A stretch of 64,000 nucleotides of DNA from Brevibacterium luteolum (GCF_013004595.1 NZ_JABEMC010000001.1:372001-436000); one strand, 5' to 3'; shown: positions 42,166-52,958, counted from the first letter of the stretch. Numbers and translations are program-made. The notes: a model not told the origin generated them from the letters alone.

Positions 42166-43158
42166 GTGCTCATTGCACAGCGCCCCACGCTCACGGAAGA
42201 GGCTGTATCAGCCAATCGATCGCGCTTCGTCATCGAGCCGCTCGAGCCCGGTTTCGGATACACCCTCGGCAACTCGCTGCGTCGAACCCTGCTCTCGTCC
42301 ATCCCCGGTGCCTCGGTTACGAGCATCCGCGTCGATGGCGTGCTGCACGAGTTCACCACGGTGCCCGGAGTGAAGGAGGATGTCACCGAATTCATCCTCA
42401 ACCTCAAGTCCCTCGTCGTGTCCTCGGAGTTCGACGAGCCGGTCGTGGCCTACCTGCGCAAGCAGGGCCCGGGCACGGTCACCGCTGAGGACATCTCGGC
42501 CCCGGCCGGTGTGGAGATCCACAACCCCGAGCTCTACATCGCCACGCTCAACGAAGACGGCCGCCTCGACATGGAGCTGACCATCGAGCGCGGTCGCGGC
42601 TACGTGTCTGCTGCGCAGAACAAGAACGCCGACGCCGAGATCGGCCGGATCCCGGTCGACTCGATCTACTCGCCGGTGCTCAAGGTCACCTACAAGGTCG
42701 AAGCCACCCGTGTCGAACAGCGCACCGACTTCGACCGTCTCATCGTCGATGTCGAGACGAAGCCGTCGATCGCCCCGCGCGACGCGGTCGCCTCGGCCGG
42801 CAAGACCCTCATCGAGCTCTTCGGCCTGGCCCGCGAGCTCAACGTCGAAGCCGAAGGCATCGACATCGGCCCCTCGCCGGTGGACGCTGCCCTGGCCGCC
42901 GATCTCGCTCTGGCGATCGAGGACCTCGACCTCACGGTCCGGTCCTACAACTGCCTCAAGCGCGAAGGCATCCACACCGTCGGAGAACTGGTCGCCCGCA
43001 GCGAAGCAGACCTCATGGACATCCGCAACTTCGGTTCGAAGTCCATCGACGAAGTCAAGGCCAAGCTCAACGAGCTCGGACTCAGCCTCAAGGACAGCCC
43101 GGCGGGCTACGGCGAGGCTGGCGAACAGATGAGCTACGTCGACGACGAGCAGTACTGA
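42166..43158 (+). CDS. rpoA: RNA polymerase alpha subunit
   Basis: [25 protein letters not shown]. Confidence 0.99.
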   Translation: MLIAQRPTLTEEAVSANRSRFVIEPLEPGFGYTLGNSLRRTLLSSIPGASVTSIRVDGVLHEFTTVPGVKEDVTEFILNLKSLVVSSEFDEPVVAYLRKQGPGTVTAEDISAPAGVEIHNPELYIATLNEDGRLDMELTIERGRGYVSAAQNKNADAEIGRIPVDSIYSPVLKVTYKVEATRVEQRTDFDRLIVDVETKPSIAPRDAVASAGKTLIELFGLARELNVEAEGIDIGPSPVDAALAADLALAIEDLDLTVRSYNCLKREGIHTVGELVARSEADLMDIRNFGSKSIDEVKAKLNELGLSLKDSPAGYGEAGEQMSYVDDEQY

Positions 43159-43194
43159 GCGGCTGACCGAACAGAGATTTCAAGGAGATAAACA

Positions 43195-43788
43195 ATGCCT
43201 ACGCCTACCAAGGGCAACCGCCTCGGCGGCTCCCCGGCGCACGAGCGGGCGATGCTGAACAACATGGCGTCCCAGCTCTTCGAGAACAAGTCCATCACCA
43301 CGACGGTGACGAAGGCCAAGCGCCTGCGTCCGGTCGCCGAGCGCCTCATCACCTTCGCCAAGCGTGGTGACCTGGCTGCTCGCCGCCGCGTCATGCAGCA
43401 GATCGGCGACAAGTCCGTCGTCCACGAGCTGTTCACCTCGATCGCTCCGGCTGTCGCCGAGCGTCCGGGCGGCTACACCCGCATCACCAAGATCGGTCCG
43501 CGCAAGGGCGACAACGCCCCGATGGCCGTCATCGAGCTCGTGCTCGAGGCCTACTCGCCCAAGCAGGCCACGGTGAAGGAGGCCGAGGAGACCACCAAGG
43601 CCGCCGCTGCCGATGAGCCCAAGGCCGAGGACACCAAGGCCGAGGACACCGCCGGTGACGACGAGACCCCCGAGGTCGAAGAGGATGTCACCTCCGGTGC
43701 CCAGGACGACGAGGCACAGGAAGCCGCCGAGCAGTCTGAGGATGCCGCGAAGGCCGAGGACGTCGAGAAGACAGACGACGAGAAGTGA
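43195..43788 (+). CDS. rplQ: 50S ribosomal protein L17 with acidic C-terminal tail
   Basis: [10 protein letters not shown]...RKGDNAPMA. Confidence 0.98.
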   Translation: MPTPTKGNRLGGSPAHERAMLNNMASQLFENKSITTTVTKAKRLRPVAERLITFAKRGDLAARRRVMQQIGDKSVVHELFTSIAPAVAERPGGYTRITKIGPRKGDNAPMAVIELVLEAYSPKQATVKEAEETTKAAAADEPKAEDTKAEDTAGDDETPEVEEDVTSGAQDDEAQEAAEQSEDAAKAEDVEKTDDEK

Positions 43789-43823
43789 GTCGCTGAGCGT
43801 CCTGCAGCGTCACGCTGAGCATC

Positions 43824-43856
43824 GCAGGCCCGGAACCGCTGAGGTTCCGGGCCTGC
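43824..43856 (+). terminator. Terminator after rplQ
   Basis: GCAGGCCCGGAACC-gctga-GGTTCCGGGCCTGC 14-bp stem. Confidence 0.75.
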
Positions 43857-43979
43857 AGTGCATTCGGGCCGCAGGTGCGGTCAGCTGGACGGATCGTCAG
43901 GGCCAGGCGCTACCATCAAGGGACATTGACGCATGCCGGCCTGCCATCGCGAGCAGGCCGCATCCGGAAAGGAGCGCAC

Positions 43980-44141
43980 ATGTCACCGAGGAACAAGAAG
44001 AAGCGCAAGCAGCAGGGCCGTTCGCCGCAGGAGGGCCGGGCACTGCTCGTCGGCCTGGCCAGCACCCTGCTCGGTGCAGCCGTTACCGCGGTGACGCGCA
44101 AGATCGCCGGCGACCGGCGCCGGCGCAGGAAGAAGAAGTGA
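43980..44141 (+). CDS. Small basic single-TM protein (53 aa)
   Basis: AAGGAG RBS; MSPRNKKKRK...LLVGLASTLLGAAVTAV...RRRRRKKK. Confidence 0.55.
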   Translation: MSPRNKKKRKQQGRSPQEGRALLVGLASTLLGAAVTAVTRKIAGDRRRRRKKK

Positions 44142-44168
44142 CAGACTCAGCGCTCGGCGCTTTGCAGC

Positions 44169-45344
44169 TCAGCGCAGCCGCGGTGAGCGCGGCACGGGGC
44201 CGGTCGACCGTCCCACCGTGAAAGCGGTGAAGGGCTGGTAGACCGGCTTCCCGCCGTTGCGGGCCGGGGCGGTGCGGCGCAGCACATCGGCGAGCATCGC
44301 CGCCGGCAGCTGCACATCCTTGAGCTGCGACTCGACCGAGACCCGCAGCCCATGGCGGGCGAAGATGAGCCACAGCCGCATGAGCTCGCGGCCCAGCAGC
44401 ACCCAGCGTTCGGCGCTGACCTCACTGGGATGCCGAGCTTCGATCGCCAGTGCCAGCCGGTCCGGGGCGCGGCGGGTGATGAACGTCGGCAGCATCGTCG
44501 ACCAGGCACCAGCAGTCACGAGCATGTCGCGCAGCCGGGCACGGGCCTCATCCGGTGCCTCATCACCGCCGAGCAGGCGGGCTGCCAGCCGGGAGGTCCG
44601 GCGCGGCAGGCGCAGGGTCTCAGCCGTCAGACCGTCCTCCTGATAGCGGGGATCGCGGTCGTCAAGCCGCAGCCAGCGCAGCGTCTCATCGAAGGCCTCC
44701 CGCGGCTCGAACGGCGCCGACTGCGCATAGCGGGCGGCCTTGACCCAGATTGCCTCTGGCACCTGCGCGATGACGATGCCCGAGATCCGGTCATCGACCT
44801 CCTGCCGGTGCACCTCACCGTGGGCGGTGCGATCGAGGATCGCCTGCGGGCGCAGCGCGGCATACTCGGCCACCGCTGCCTCGACTGCGGCGGTGTCGCG
44901 GCGCAGCCGGCCGCGATCAACCTGCCGGGTCAGCACCTCAGCAACCGAGAACCCCGCCGAGACCTCCGCATCGGGAGGTTCCGCCGCATCGGCCACGGGC
45001 GCCGCACCGCCCGCCGGCTCGGCTCCAGCGGGCGTCAGCAGGAACGTGATCGTCACGTCATGCCGCGCACCGGTGACCGTGAGCTCACGCAGCCGCAGGT
45101 CCTCCTCTGCTGCGGCGATCGCACAGGCCTCAACCCAGCAGCCCAGTGACATGCCGAGGTCCGCGCCGTGTTCGTCGCCGACCGGCAGTGTGCGCTCGGG
45201 GTCGGTGCGCACCCGGATTCTGGCCCCGGCCCCGGTGATCTCGAGCAGTCGCGGCAGCCACGGCTGCGTGTTGTGGGCGCTCGGCGCGCGGGAGGCGATG
45301 TCGAAGAGACCCTCGATCGTCTCGGTGGTCAGCGGTCGGGTCAT
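44169..45344 (-). CDS. Nitroreductase-fold (Acg-like) FMN-binding protein
   Basis: RAPSAHNTQPW motif; ATGA overlap with upstream gene. Confidence 0.7.
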   Translation of the reverse strand: MTRPLTTETIEGLFDIASRAPSAHNTQPWLPRLLEITGAGARIRVRTDPERTLPVGDEHGADLGMSLGCWVEACAIAAAEEDLRLRELTVTGARHDVTITFLLTPAGAEPAGGAAPVADAAEPPDAEVSAGFSVAEVLTRQVDRGRLRRDTAAVEAAVAEYAALRPQAILDRTAHGEVHRQEVDDRISGIVIAQVPEAIWVKAARYAQSAPFEPREAFDETLRWLRLDDRDPRYQEDGLTAETLRLPRRTSRLAARLLGGDEAPDEARARLRDMLVTAGAWSTMLPTFITRRAPDRLALAIEARHPSEVSAERWVLLGRELMRLWLIFARHGLRVSVESQLKDVQLPAAMLADVLRRTAPARNGGKPVYQPFTAFTVGRSTGPVPRSPRLR

Positions 45345-46567
45345 GCCTGCACCTCGCGGAAGAAGAAGCGGAGTTCGTGAAGCCAGTGGCCGCCGGCCTT
45401 GCCGGGCACGGCCGAGGAACCGAGATTGTCATCACCGACGTACGTCACGCGCAGCCGCCGGTAGCCTTTGCGCACGAGTTCAGAGTACATCTTCCGCGCC
45501 AGCAGGGAGACGAGCCCGCGGCCCTGCGCGTCCGGGTGGGCGGCCTGGATGATGAGCACCGCGTCGCGCCCCGTGCCCGAGGCGGTGCGCCCGGTGAGCT
45601 GTTCGCGCGCCAGCAACCCGGCAGCCCTGGCATTGAGCCGTCCGCCAGTGGCCCGCAGCACGTTGACCGGGTCGGGGACGGTGAGGATGAACGCCGCCGC
45701 CGGGTCGCCTGGCCCGGCATCAACGTCTTCGGCGGTGACGATGAGGCCGGGGTCCATGAGCATGGCCAGCCCCTGGGTCTGGGAGGCGAACTGGGTGTTC
45801 GAGATCTGCGTGTAGTAGGCCAGCCCGTCGAAGGCGGCGTTCATCGTCGGCTGGATGCGGTTCAAGGCGCGGGACAGCCCGAGCCGGGAGGGCGCGGAGA
45901 TGCGCACGCCGGCGGCAGCACACTCCTTCTCAGTCGGTGCCGTGGCCCGGGCGGCAGGGACATCGGCGAGCTCGACCTCCCATGTGTGTCCGCCGCCCCA
46001 ACGGTGGAACCCGGCCGCCTCATAGATGTGAGCAGTGGCCGCAGTGTTCCAGGCGGTGTCGAAGAAGCCGGGGTGTTCGTGTCCGGAGACCACGACGCCG
46101 CCGGTCTCGTTCGGCAGCAGGGACACCGGGCCGAACAGGTGGGTGCAGCCGGCCGCCTGCGCGCGGGCCTCCAGCTCGGCGAAGAGCGCCTCAGCAGCCT
46201 CCGGGGTCTCGAACTCGGTAGCGCCGAACAGCTGGGCGCGCACCTGCCGGTGCTGCCAGTCGTCGACGACGTCTGCCTGTACCTCTGGTGGGGTGAGCCT
46301 GCGGCGCAGTCGGCCTGAGAGCCGCTCATCGAGTGCCGGATACCGGTGGGCGGTGGTGCGTCCGACGACTCGGCCGCCGGGATCCTTGGCGATGAGCAGG
46401 GTGACATCGGGAAACCAGGAGCGGCCGGTCCACCAGGCGGTGATATCAGAGCGCAGCAGCGGCACCCAGTGATCGGCCCCACCCTGGCTGGCTGCCAGCG
46501 TGGCGGAGAAGTCGAGGAATTCGCGCAGCTCAGCCCGGGTGGAGACTTCGGAGACGGTGATGAGCAT
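45341..46567 (-). CDS. Tandem-GNAT acyltransferase-like protein (YghO-like)
   Basis: GRVVGR...EALF...LFGPVSLLPNETGGVVVSG...YEAAGF and C-terminal QGRGL acyl-CoA-binding motif. Confidence 0.65.
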   Translation of the reverse strand: MLITVSEVSTRAELREFLDFSATLAASQGGADHWVPLLRSDITAWWTGRSWFPDVTLLIAKDPGGRVVGRTTAHRYPALDERLSGRLRRRLTPPEVQADVVDDWQHRQVRAQLFGATEFETPEAAEALFAELEARAQAAGCTHLFGPVSLLPNETGGVVVSGHEHPGFFDTAWNTAATAHIYEAAGFHRWGGGHTWEVELADVPAARATAPTEKECAAAGVRISAPSRLGLSRALNRIQPTMNAAFDGLAYYTQISNTQFASQTQGLAMLMDPGLIVTAEDVDAGPGDPAAAFILTVPDPVNVLRATGGRLNARAAGLLAREQLTGRTASGTGRDAVLIIQAAHPDAQGRGLVSLLARKMYSELVRKGYRRLRVTYVGDDNLGSSAVPGKAGGHWLHELRFFFREVQA

Positions 46568-47046
46568 CAGCGACCGGCACCCAGCTGAGAGCCTGCACCC
46601 ACGGTCGCCGGCGCCTCGGCGGCGGTCTCACCGGCCACAGGGGAGAACCGGTCGATCATCCCGGTGGAAGCGTCCTCGGCGCGGAAGATCCCGTTCGTGT
46701 ATCCCCAGTCCTCGGCGGTGAGGATGCGGATGAACCCGCCGCGGGCCGGGGACTCATCGCCGCGGCCCACCAGCCAGCGCATGATCTCGTGGTGCTCGTG
46801 CGTGCGGGCGAAGCGCATGAGGTCGTCCTGGGTTTCGAAGGCGACGATGAGCCCGATGCGTTTGGGGAACTCGTAGTAGCTGCGATGCCACAGGTAGCCC
46901 GGCGCGCGCTTGAGCGCCCGGGCGAGCTTGGGCCAGCGGCGGATCTGGTCGGCCATCGCAAGCGAGGAGCGGTATTCGTTGCAGCCGAGGAACACCGAAC
47001 CAGCCCGGCCCTGCGGCGGGGTGTGGGAGAAGTCGGTTGTGCGCAT
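46567..47046 (-). CDS. ABM/dimeric alpha-beta-barrel-like hypothetical protein
   Basis: LKRAPGYL...VAFETQDDLMRFARTHEHHEIMRW pattern resembling ABM-fold proteins; tightly coupled to neighbours. Confidence 0.55.
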   Translation of the reverse strand: MRTTDFSHTPPQGRAGSVFLGCNEYRSSLAMADQIRRWPKLARALKRAPGYLWHRSYYEFPKRIGLIVAFETQDDLMRFARTHEHHEIMRWLVGRGDESPARGGFIRILTAEDWGYTNGIFRAEDASTGMIDRFSPVAGETAAEAPATVGAGSQLGAGR

Positions 47047-47048
47047 GG

Positions 47049-48653
47049 TCAGTCCTCCGTCATGAGGTAGACGTTCTTGATCTTCGTCTGCCCGCCGGTG
47101 AACGGGCCGGTGCCGTGGTCGTGGAGCTCGAGGTGGATTTCCGCGGCCGAGGGGTCCTCTTCCAGGGACTGCTTGAAGTCCCGGGACACCTCGGTCAGGT
47201 GGTCGAGCACCCCGGACGTGAGGGCCGCGGTCATCGCGGTGCGCTCGCCGTCGGTGAGCGCGCGGGCCTTTGCGCTGTCGCGCAGCTGGACATGCAGGGC
47301 CGGGCGGACCTCCAGCTCGCCGTGGTCGCGCAGCTCGATGCGGAAGGACTCGATGAGCCCGGCGAAGCGCTCATGGCGGTACAGGCCGTTCTCGACATCG
47401 AGCGGGTAAATGTTGGCGCCCATGTAGGAGATCGTCGAATCTGCTCGGCCGTAGAGCAGCACGAACGGCAGCCGCATCCCCTGCCGGCGGAACGCCGACG
47501 ACAGCCGGGAGGCTAGCTCTGGGAACTGGCGGGTGATGGCGACCATGTCGGGGAAGTCGATGAGGGTTGCTTCATCGCCGATGTTGTAGCGCAGCCTGGG
47601 GCTCATGACCGAGGCGGAGTTGATCGTGACGACGAGCTCCCCGTCGTCGGTGGTCTCCAGGAAGGTCTCCAGCGGGTTGTACTGGAAGATCATCGGCGTG
47701 CGGTCCTCACCCTCGCCGAGCAGTGCCGCACGGAAGGCGTCGTTGCGGGTGAGTTCGCGACGGATCTCAACGGCGACATCGGTCTCACCGGCCATCCCGA
47801 TCGTCAGATCCGAGGCGCCGTATCCGGAGTAGACGCGCTCGAAGCGCTTCTGCACATAGTCGCGCAGCCCCTCGGTCATCGCCTCCCCGCCGACGAACCC
47901 GTTGAGTGTGAACTGATCCCAGTATTCGGGGTCCTCGGCGTCCATCCGGTCGACGAGGTGTTTGAGGAACGGGGGGTAGGCGCTGATGAGATACGTGTGC
48001 TGGGGGCCGAAATGGCGCAGCGTGTCGAGGATCTTCTCCAGGTCCGGGCCGGTGTTCTTCACCATCGCGACCTTCGCCATCGCCAGGCCGGTGTTCGTGC
48101 CGGTCGCCCAGGCGCCCATCGAGAAGGCGTTGATGCAGAAGAGGTCCTTCGAGCCGAACAGGAAGGTGACGTAGCCGGCGACGTTCTTGTGCACGGTCGC
48201 CAGCTCCTTCTTCGAGCGCATCCAGTTGTACGGGGTGCCCGAGGAGCCGGAGGATTCGTCGACGACGGTGCCGACCATGTCGATGCGGCCGTTCCAGCAC
48301 CGGTCCTCCTCGGAATACGCGCTGACATACCCGGACTTCGAGGTCTGCGGGTAGCTGTCGAGGTCCCACCACCGGAACGCGTAGTTGTTGGCGACCAGAT
48401 GGTCCTGATAGGCCGGCACATCGAGGCTGGCCTGCTGGCAGATCATCCACGCGTTGAGATTGGCGAAGCGCTCCAGGCCCGGCCGGTAGTTCCGGGCGGT
48501 CAGCCGCCACAGCGCCGGATGCGCCCGGTAGGCGGTGTAGGCGGTTGTCAGCCCGAGGTTCGTCAGCCGCAGCAGTGCCTGCCGGGCGAGGTTGACCGGC
48601 CCGCGCTTGATCACCGGCTGGCGGAGGGCGTCGTCGCTGTTGAGGTTGCTCAT
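47049..48653 (-). CDS. Phenylacetate-CoA ligase family (PaaK-like) adenylating enzyme
   Basis: ESSGSSGTP P-loop, GGE, YGASD, RYNIGD, GRAD motifs. Confidence 0.8.
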   Translation of the reverse strand: MSNLNSDDALRQPVIKRGPVNLARQALLRLTNLGLTTAYTAYRAHPALWRLTARNYRPGLERFANLNAWMICQQASLDVPAYQDHLVANNYAFRWWDLDSYPQTSKSGYVSAYSEEDRCWNGRIDMVGTVVDESSGSSGTPYNWMRSKKELATVHKNVAGYVTFLFGSKDLFCINAFSMGAWATGTNTGLAMAKVAMVKNTGPDLEKILDTLRHFGPQHTYLISAYPPFLKHLVDRMDAEDPEYWDQFTLNGFVGGEAMTEGLRDYVQKRFERVYSGYGASDLTIGMAGETDVAVEIRRELTRNDAFRAALLGEGEDRTPMIFQYNPLETFLETTDDGELVVTINSASVMSPRLRYNIGDEATLIDFPDMVAITRQFPELASRLSSAFRRQGMRLPFVLLYGRADSTISYMGANIYPLDVENGLYRHERFAGLIESFRIELRDHGELEVRPALHVQLRDSAKARALTDGERTAMTAALTSGVLDHLTEVSRDFKQSLEEDPSAAEIHLELHDHGTGPFTGGQTKIKNVYLMTED

Positions 48654-48765
48654 AGGGCCAATCTATGGCTCCACACGCACCAGCGGCAGGGTCTGCGTGT
48701 GATCGTTCGGCAACATCCCAGCAACGTGCCGGTGGCCGGGCCCGCTCCCGAGGCGGTGGCCGGGT

Positions 48766-49689
48766 TCAGTCGAAGACGACGGTGCGGTGCCCGTCGAGCA
48801 GCACCCGGCCCTCGGCATGCCAGCCGACAGCGCGCGAGAGCACAGCTGCCTCGACGTCCTGGCCGAAGCGGATGAACTGGGCCGGGGTGTGCCGGTGCTC
48901 GACGCGCACGACGTCCTGTTCGATGATCGGGCCCTCATCGAGGTCATCGGTGACGTAGTGGGCGGTCGCGCCGATGATCTTGACCCCGCGGTCGTGGGCC
49001 TGATGGTAGGGGCGGGCGCCCTTGAAGCTCGGCAGGAACGAATGGTGGATGTTGATGATCCGCCCGGCCATCCGCTCGCACAGGGCAGGGGAGAGGATCT
49101 GCATATAGCGGGCGAGCACGACGAGTTCGATGTCGAGCTCATCGACCAGCCGCAGCAGCTCCGCCTCAGCGTCGGCCTTCGTTTCGGCGGTGACGGGGAT
49201 GTGGTGGAAGGGCACCCCGGCGTGCTCGGCCATCGGGGCGAGCACCTCGTGGTTGCCGGCCACTGCCGCGATGTCGATCGGCAGCGCCCCGGAACCGGTG
49301 TGGAACAGCAGACTGTTGAGGCAGTGCCCGGCCTTCGACACCATGACAAGCGTGCGCAGCCTCCGATCGGCCCGGTGCAGCTCAGCGGACATGTTCAGCC
49401 GCTCAGCAACCGGGGCCAGTGCCGCCCGGATCTCGTCCTCACCGGTGTGGGTGCGGAACTGCATCCGCAGGAAGAACTGGTGGGTGTCCGGGGAGCCGAA
49501 CTGCTGGGATTCGGTGATCGTCGCCTCGATGCCGACGAGCATCCCGGACACGGCGTGGACGATGCCGCCCTGGTCGGGGCAGGCGATCGAGAGCACCCAT
49601 TCGGGTGCCGTGTCCGCTCCCGAGGCAGGGGCTGGGCTGGCGGCTGGAACTGCGGTGGCGGGCGTGCTGGGCGAGGCGGGGGTCTGCAT
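48766..49689 (-). CDS. purU: Formyltetrahydrofolate deformylase
   Basis: ACT domain CPDQGGIV; LARYMQIL, INIHHSFLPSFKGARPY. Confidence 0.96.
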   Translation of the reverse strand: MQTPASPSTPATAVPAASPAPASGADTAPEWVLSIACPDQGGIVHAVSGMLVGIEATITESQQFGSPDTHQFFLRMQFRTHTGEDEIRAALAPVAERLNMSAELHRADRRLRTLVMVSKAGHCLNSLLFHTGSGALPIDIAAVAGNHEVLAPMAEHAGVPFHHIPVTAETKADAEAELLRLVDELDIELVVLARYMQILSPALCERMAGRIINIHHSFLPSFKGARPYHQAHDRGVKIIGATAHYVTDDLDEGPIIEQDVVRVEHRHTPAQFIRFGQDVEAAVLSRAVGWHAEGRVLLDGHRTVVFD

Positions 49690-49910
49690 AGCTCATAAGT
49701 GTAGGCACGCGCGTGCGCGCGCCGGCGTTCGACCCCGGCCTCGGGCGCTGGGCGCGTGTGCTGATACGGCGGTGGACGTGTGGATGAGACGCCCGCCGTG
49801 CGGCGGTTTGCGGCTGTTAGAGTGGTCTCTGGCGAGCACCATGCCGGCGGTGGAGCCGGGCCGCCCGCTATCGAATCCCATATATTCCCGTCTTGCAAGG
49901 AGCCGCCGGA

Positions 49911-51191
49911 ATGAACGATGCGTCGACCATGAACGCCTCGATCGATCAGATCGACCCGGAGATCGCCTCCGTCCTCGACCAGGAGCTCGACCGCCAGCGC
50001 GGCACGCTCGAGATGATCGCCTCGGAGAACTTCGTCCCCACTGCAGTGCTGCAGGCGCAGGGGTCGGTGCTGACGAACAAGTACGCCGAGGGCTACCCGG
50101 GCCGCCGCTACTACGGCGGCTGCGAAGCCGTCGACATCGCCGAGAACCTCGCCATCGACCGGGCCAAGAGCCTCTTCGGCGCCGAGTACGCCAACGTCCA
50201 GCCGCACTCGGGTGCTTCGGCCAATGCCGCTGTCATGCACGCCTTCGCCCGCGCCGGCGACGGTCTGCTCGGCCTCAGCCTCGCCCACGGCGGCCACCTG
50301 ACCCACGGCATGAAGATCAACTTCTCCGGCCGCCTCTACGAGGTCTCGGCCTACGAAGTCGATCCTGAGACCTACCGGGTGGACATGGACAAGGTCCGCG
50401 AGCAGGCGCTCGCCAGCCGCCCGAAGGTCATCGTCGCCGGCTGGTCGGCCTACCCCCGCCAGCTCGACTTCGCCGCCTTCCGCGAGATCGCCGATGAGGT
50501 CGGTGCTGCCCTGTGGGTCGACATGGCCCACTTCGCCGGCCTCGTCGCCGCCGGCCTGCACCCCAACCCGGTCCCGCACGCCGATGTCGTGTCCTCAACG
50601 GTGCACAAGACGATCGGCGGCCCGCGCTCGGGCTTCATCCTCTCCCGCGACCCCGAGCACGCCAAGAAACTCAACTCGGCGGTCTTCCCCGGCCAGCAGG
50701 GCGGACCGCTCATGCACGTCGTCGCCGCCAAGGCCGTGGCGTTCAAACTCGCCGGCACCGAGGAGTTCAAGGAGCGTCAGGAACGCACCGTCGAAGGTGC
50801 GAAGATCCTCGCTGAGCGCCTCCTCGAATCCGATGTCGCCGCCGCTGGCGTCTCCGTCCTCACCGGCGGCACCGACGTCCACCTTGCACTCGTCGACCTG
50901 CGCAACTCCGCCCTCGACGGACAGCAGGCCGAGGACCTCCTCCACGAGGTCGGCATCACCGTCAACCGCAACGCGGTGCCCTTCGACCCGCGCCCGCCGA
51001 TGGTCACCTCCGGTCTGCGCATCGGCACCCCGGCCCTGGCGACGCGCGGCTTCGGCGCGAACGAGTTCACCGAGGTCGCTGACATCATCGCCGAGTCGCT
51101 CAAGCCCAGCCCGGACGTGGCCGCCCTCAAGGCCCGGGTGGCGAAGCTGACCGCGGACTTCCCGCTCTACGAAGGACTGAACCAGTACTGA
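49911..51191 (+). CDS. glyA: Serine hydroxymethyltransferase
   Basis: [28 protein letters not shown]; extended -10 TGtTAGAGT at 49815-49823. Confidence 0.98.
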   Translation: MNDASTMNASIDQIDPEIASVLDQELDRQRGTLEMIASENFVPTAVLQAQGSVLTNKYAEGYPGRRYYGGCEAVDIAENLAIDRAKSLFGAEYANVQPHSGASANAAVMHAFARAGDGLLGLSLAHGGHLTHGMKINFSGRLYEVSAYEVDPETYRVDMDKVREQALASRPKVIVAGWSAYPRQLDFAAFREIADEVGAALWVDMAHFAGLVAAGLHPNPVPHADVVSSTVHKTIGGPRSGFILSRDPEHAKKLNSAVFPGQQGGPLMHVVAAKAVAFKLAGTEEFKERQERTVEGAKILAERLLESDVAAAGVSVLTGGTDVHLALVDLRNSALDGQQAEDLLHEVGITVNRNAVPFDPRPPMVTSGLRIGTPALATRGFGANEFTEVADIIAESLKPSPDVAALKARVAKLTADFPLYEGLNQY

Positions 51192-52081
51192 TGACAGCGC
51201 AGAGACTCGACGGCAAGGCAGCAGCCAAGGACATCAAGGATGAACTCGCCTCACGGGTGCGCACCCTGGCCGAGTCCGGGCACACGCCCGGGCTCGGCAC
51301 AGTGCTCGTCGGTGAGGACCCCGGCTCCCAGTCGTACGTGGCAGGCAAGCACCGCGACTGCGAGCAGGTCGGCATCCGCTCGATCCGCCGCGACCTGCCC
51401 GAGGACATCAGCCAGGCAGACCTCGAAGCGGTCATCGACGAGCTCAACGCCGATGACGAGTGCACCGCCTACATCGTCCAGCTGCCGCTGCCCGATCACA
51501 TCGACACCGATGCGATCTTAGAGCGCATCGACCCGGACAAGGACGCCGACGGCCTGCACCCGATGAACCTCGGCCGGCTCATGCTCAACGTCAACCGGCC
51601 GATCGACTCGCCGCTGCCGTGCACCCCGCGCGGCGTCATCGAGCTCATCGACCGGGCTGGCATCGATCTGGCCGGCCAGCACGTCGTCGTCATCGGCCGC
51701 GGGGTCACCGTCGGCCGGTCGATCGGCTCGCTGCTCACCCGCCGCGACCACAACGCGACGGTCACCCTGACCCACACCGGCACCCGGAACCTCGATGAGC
51801 TGCTGCAGCAGGCCGACGTCATCGTCGCCGCTGCCGGCTCGGCCCACCTGGTCAAGCCCGAGGCGGTCAAGCCCGGTGCCGTCGTCCTCGACGTCGGGGT
51901 CTCCCGCGTCGTCGACGAGGAGACCGGCAAAGGCAGGATCACCGGTGACGTCGACCCAGCCGTGGCCGAGGTTGCCGGCTGGCTGTCGCCGAACCCCGGC
52001 GGAGTCGGGCCGATGACCCGCGCGCTGCTGCTGCGCAACGTCGTCGAGATCGCCGAACGCCAGGCCGGCCAGCAGGACTGA
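51191..52081 (+). CDS. folD: Methylenetetrahydrofolate dehydrogenase/cyclohydrolase
   Basis: [25 protein letters not shown]. Confidence 0.97.
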   Translation: MTAQRLDGKAAAKDIKDELASRVRTLAESGHTPGLGTVLVGEDPGSQSYVAGKHRDCEQVGIRSIRRDLPEDISQADLEAVIDELNADDECTAYIVQLPLPDHIDTDAILERIDPDKDADGLHPMNLGRLMLNVNRPIDSPLPCTPRGVIELIDRAGIDLAGQHVVVIGRGVTVGRSIGSLLTRRDHNATVTLTHTGTRNLDELLQQADVIVAAAGSAHLVKPEAVKPGAVVLDVGVSRVVDEETGKGRITGDVDPAVAEVAGWLSPNPGGVGPMTRALLLRNVVEIAERQAGQQD

Positions 52082-52097
52082 TCCGCACACCGGCAGA

Positions 52098-52142
52098 ACA
52101 CAGTGAGGGCCTCACCCGCATCGGGTGAGGCCCTCACTGTGT
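52098..52142. terminator. Bidirectional terminator
   Basis: Perfect 21-bp inverted repeat between convergent folD and GNAT gene. Confidence 0.8.
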
Positions 52143-52178
52143 CAAGGAGCCGTGCGGCTCAGCGCTGTGCCGCCTTCG

Positions 52179-52667
52179 TCAGTACGAGGTCAGCGGCATG
52201 CGGAAGAACACACGGGCGACACCGGGACCGCCGTAGTCCTCCATGAGCTCGCTCTCGAAGCCCATCGAGGAGTGGAACGAAATCGCACCGGAGTTGTCCG
52301 GCATCGTCGTCGCCTGCACTTCCTGCACGCCCTTGCTGCGGGCGAGATCGATGAACGCACGGTAGAGATGGCGCCCGATTCCCTGATGGCGGAAGTCCGA
52401 GCGTGCAGCGACCAGGTGGATGTAGGCAGGGCCGTCGATCGGGATCGCGCCGAGCAGATAACCGACGATCTCGGTCTTGTGCTTGGCGACGAGTCCGGAC
52501 GAGGCGAACTGCCGGAACCAGTAGGGATCGTGGTGGTCTTTGAGCTCCAGGTCTCCCCAGAACTGCTCCTGCGCATTCATGAGGAACTCGCGCAGGTCGA
52601 GGGCGTCGACTTCGTCAAAGGGGCTGATGCTCAGGGCATCCGGATCGATGGGGGGCGTATCAGCCAT
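52179..52667 (-). CDS. GNAT family N-acetyltransferase
   Basis: FRHQGIG motif A, N..AISFH..MGF; AAGGAGG RBS. Confidence 0.85.
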   Translation of the reverse strand: MADTPPIDPDALSISPFDEVDALDLREFLMNAQEQFWGDLELKDHHDPYWFRQFASSGLVAKHKTEIVGYLLGAIPIDGPAYIHLVAARSDFRHQGIGRHLYRAFIDLARSKGVQEVQATTMPDNSGAISFHSSMGFESELMEDYGGPGVARVFFRMPLTSY

Positions 52668-52958
52668 GGCTCCTCCTTCGGCGGGTTATCTCCTCCCACT
52701 CTACGCCCTGGTCAGCTGCAGGGGGTAACCGGGCGAACCCTTTGAGCAAGGTCACAGGCGCATGAAGCGCCTGCCATCCTGACGCACCCACCCCGTCGGT
52801 GACCAGGACTGACGCCGATTGCCGGGAGGTGAGTCCCGCCTCGGGCACGGTGCAGACCCACCTCGGGCACGAGGCAGCGCATGCGGTCCGTTCCTGCTGT
52901 GCGAGACGGCGGTCTTGAGCGCCGGAGTCGGAGCTTGACACGTGGCACAATGGTGGCC

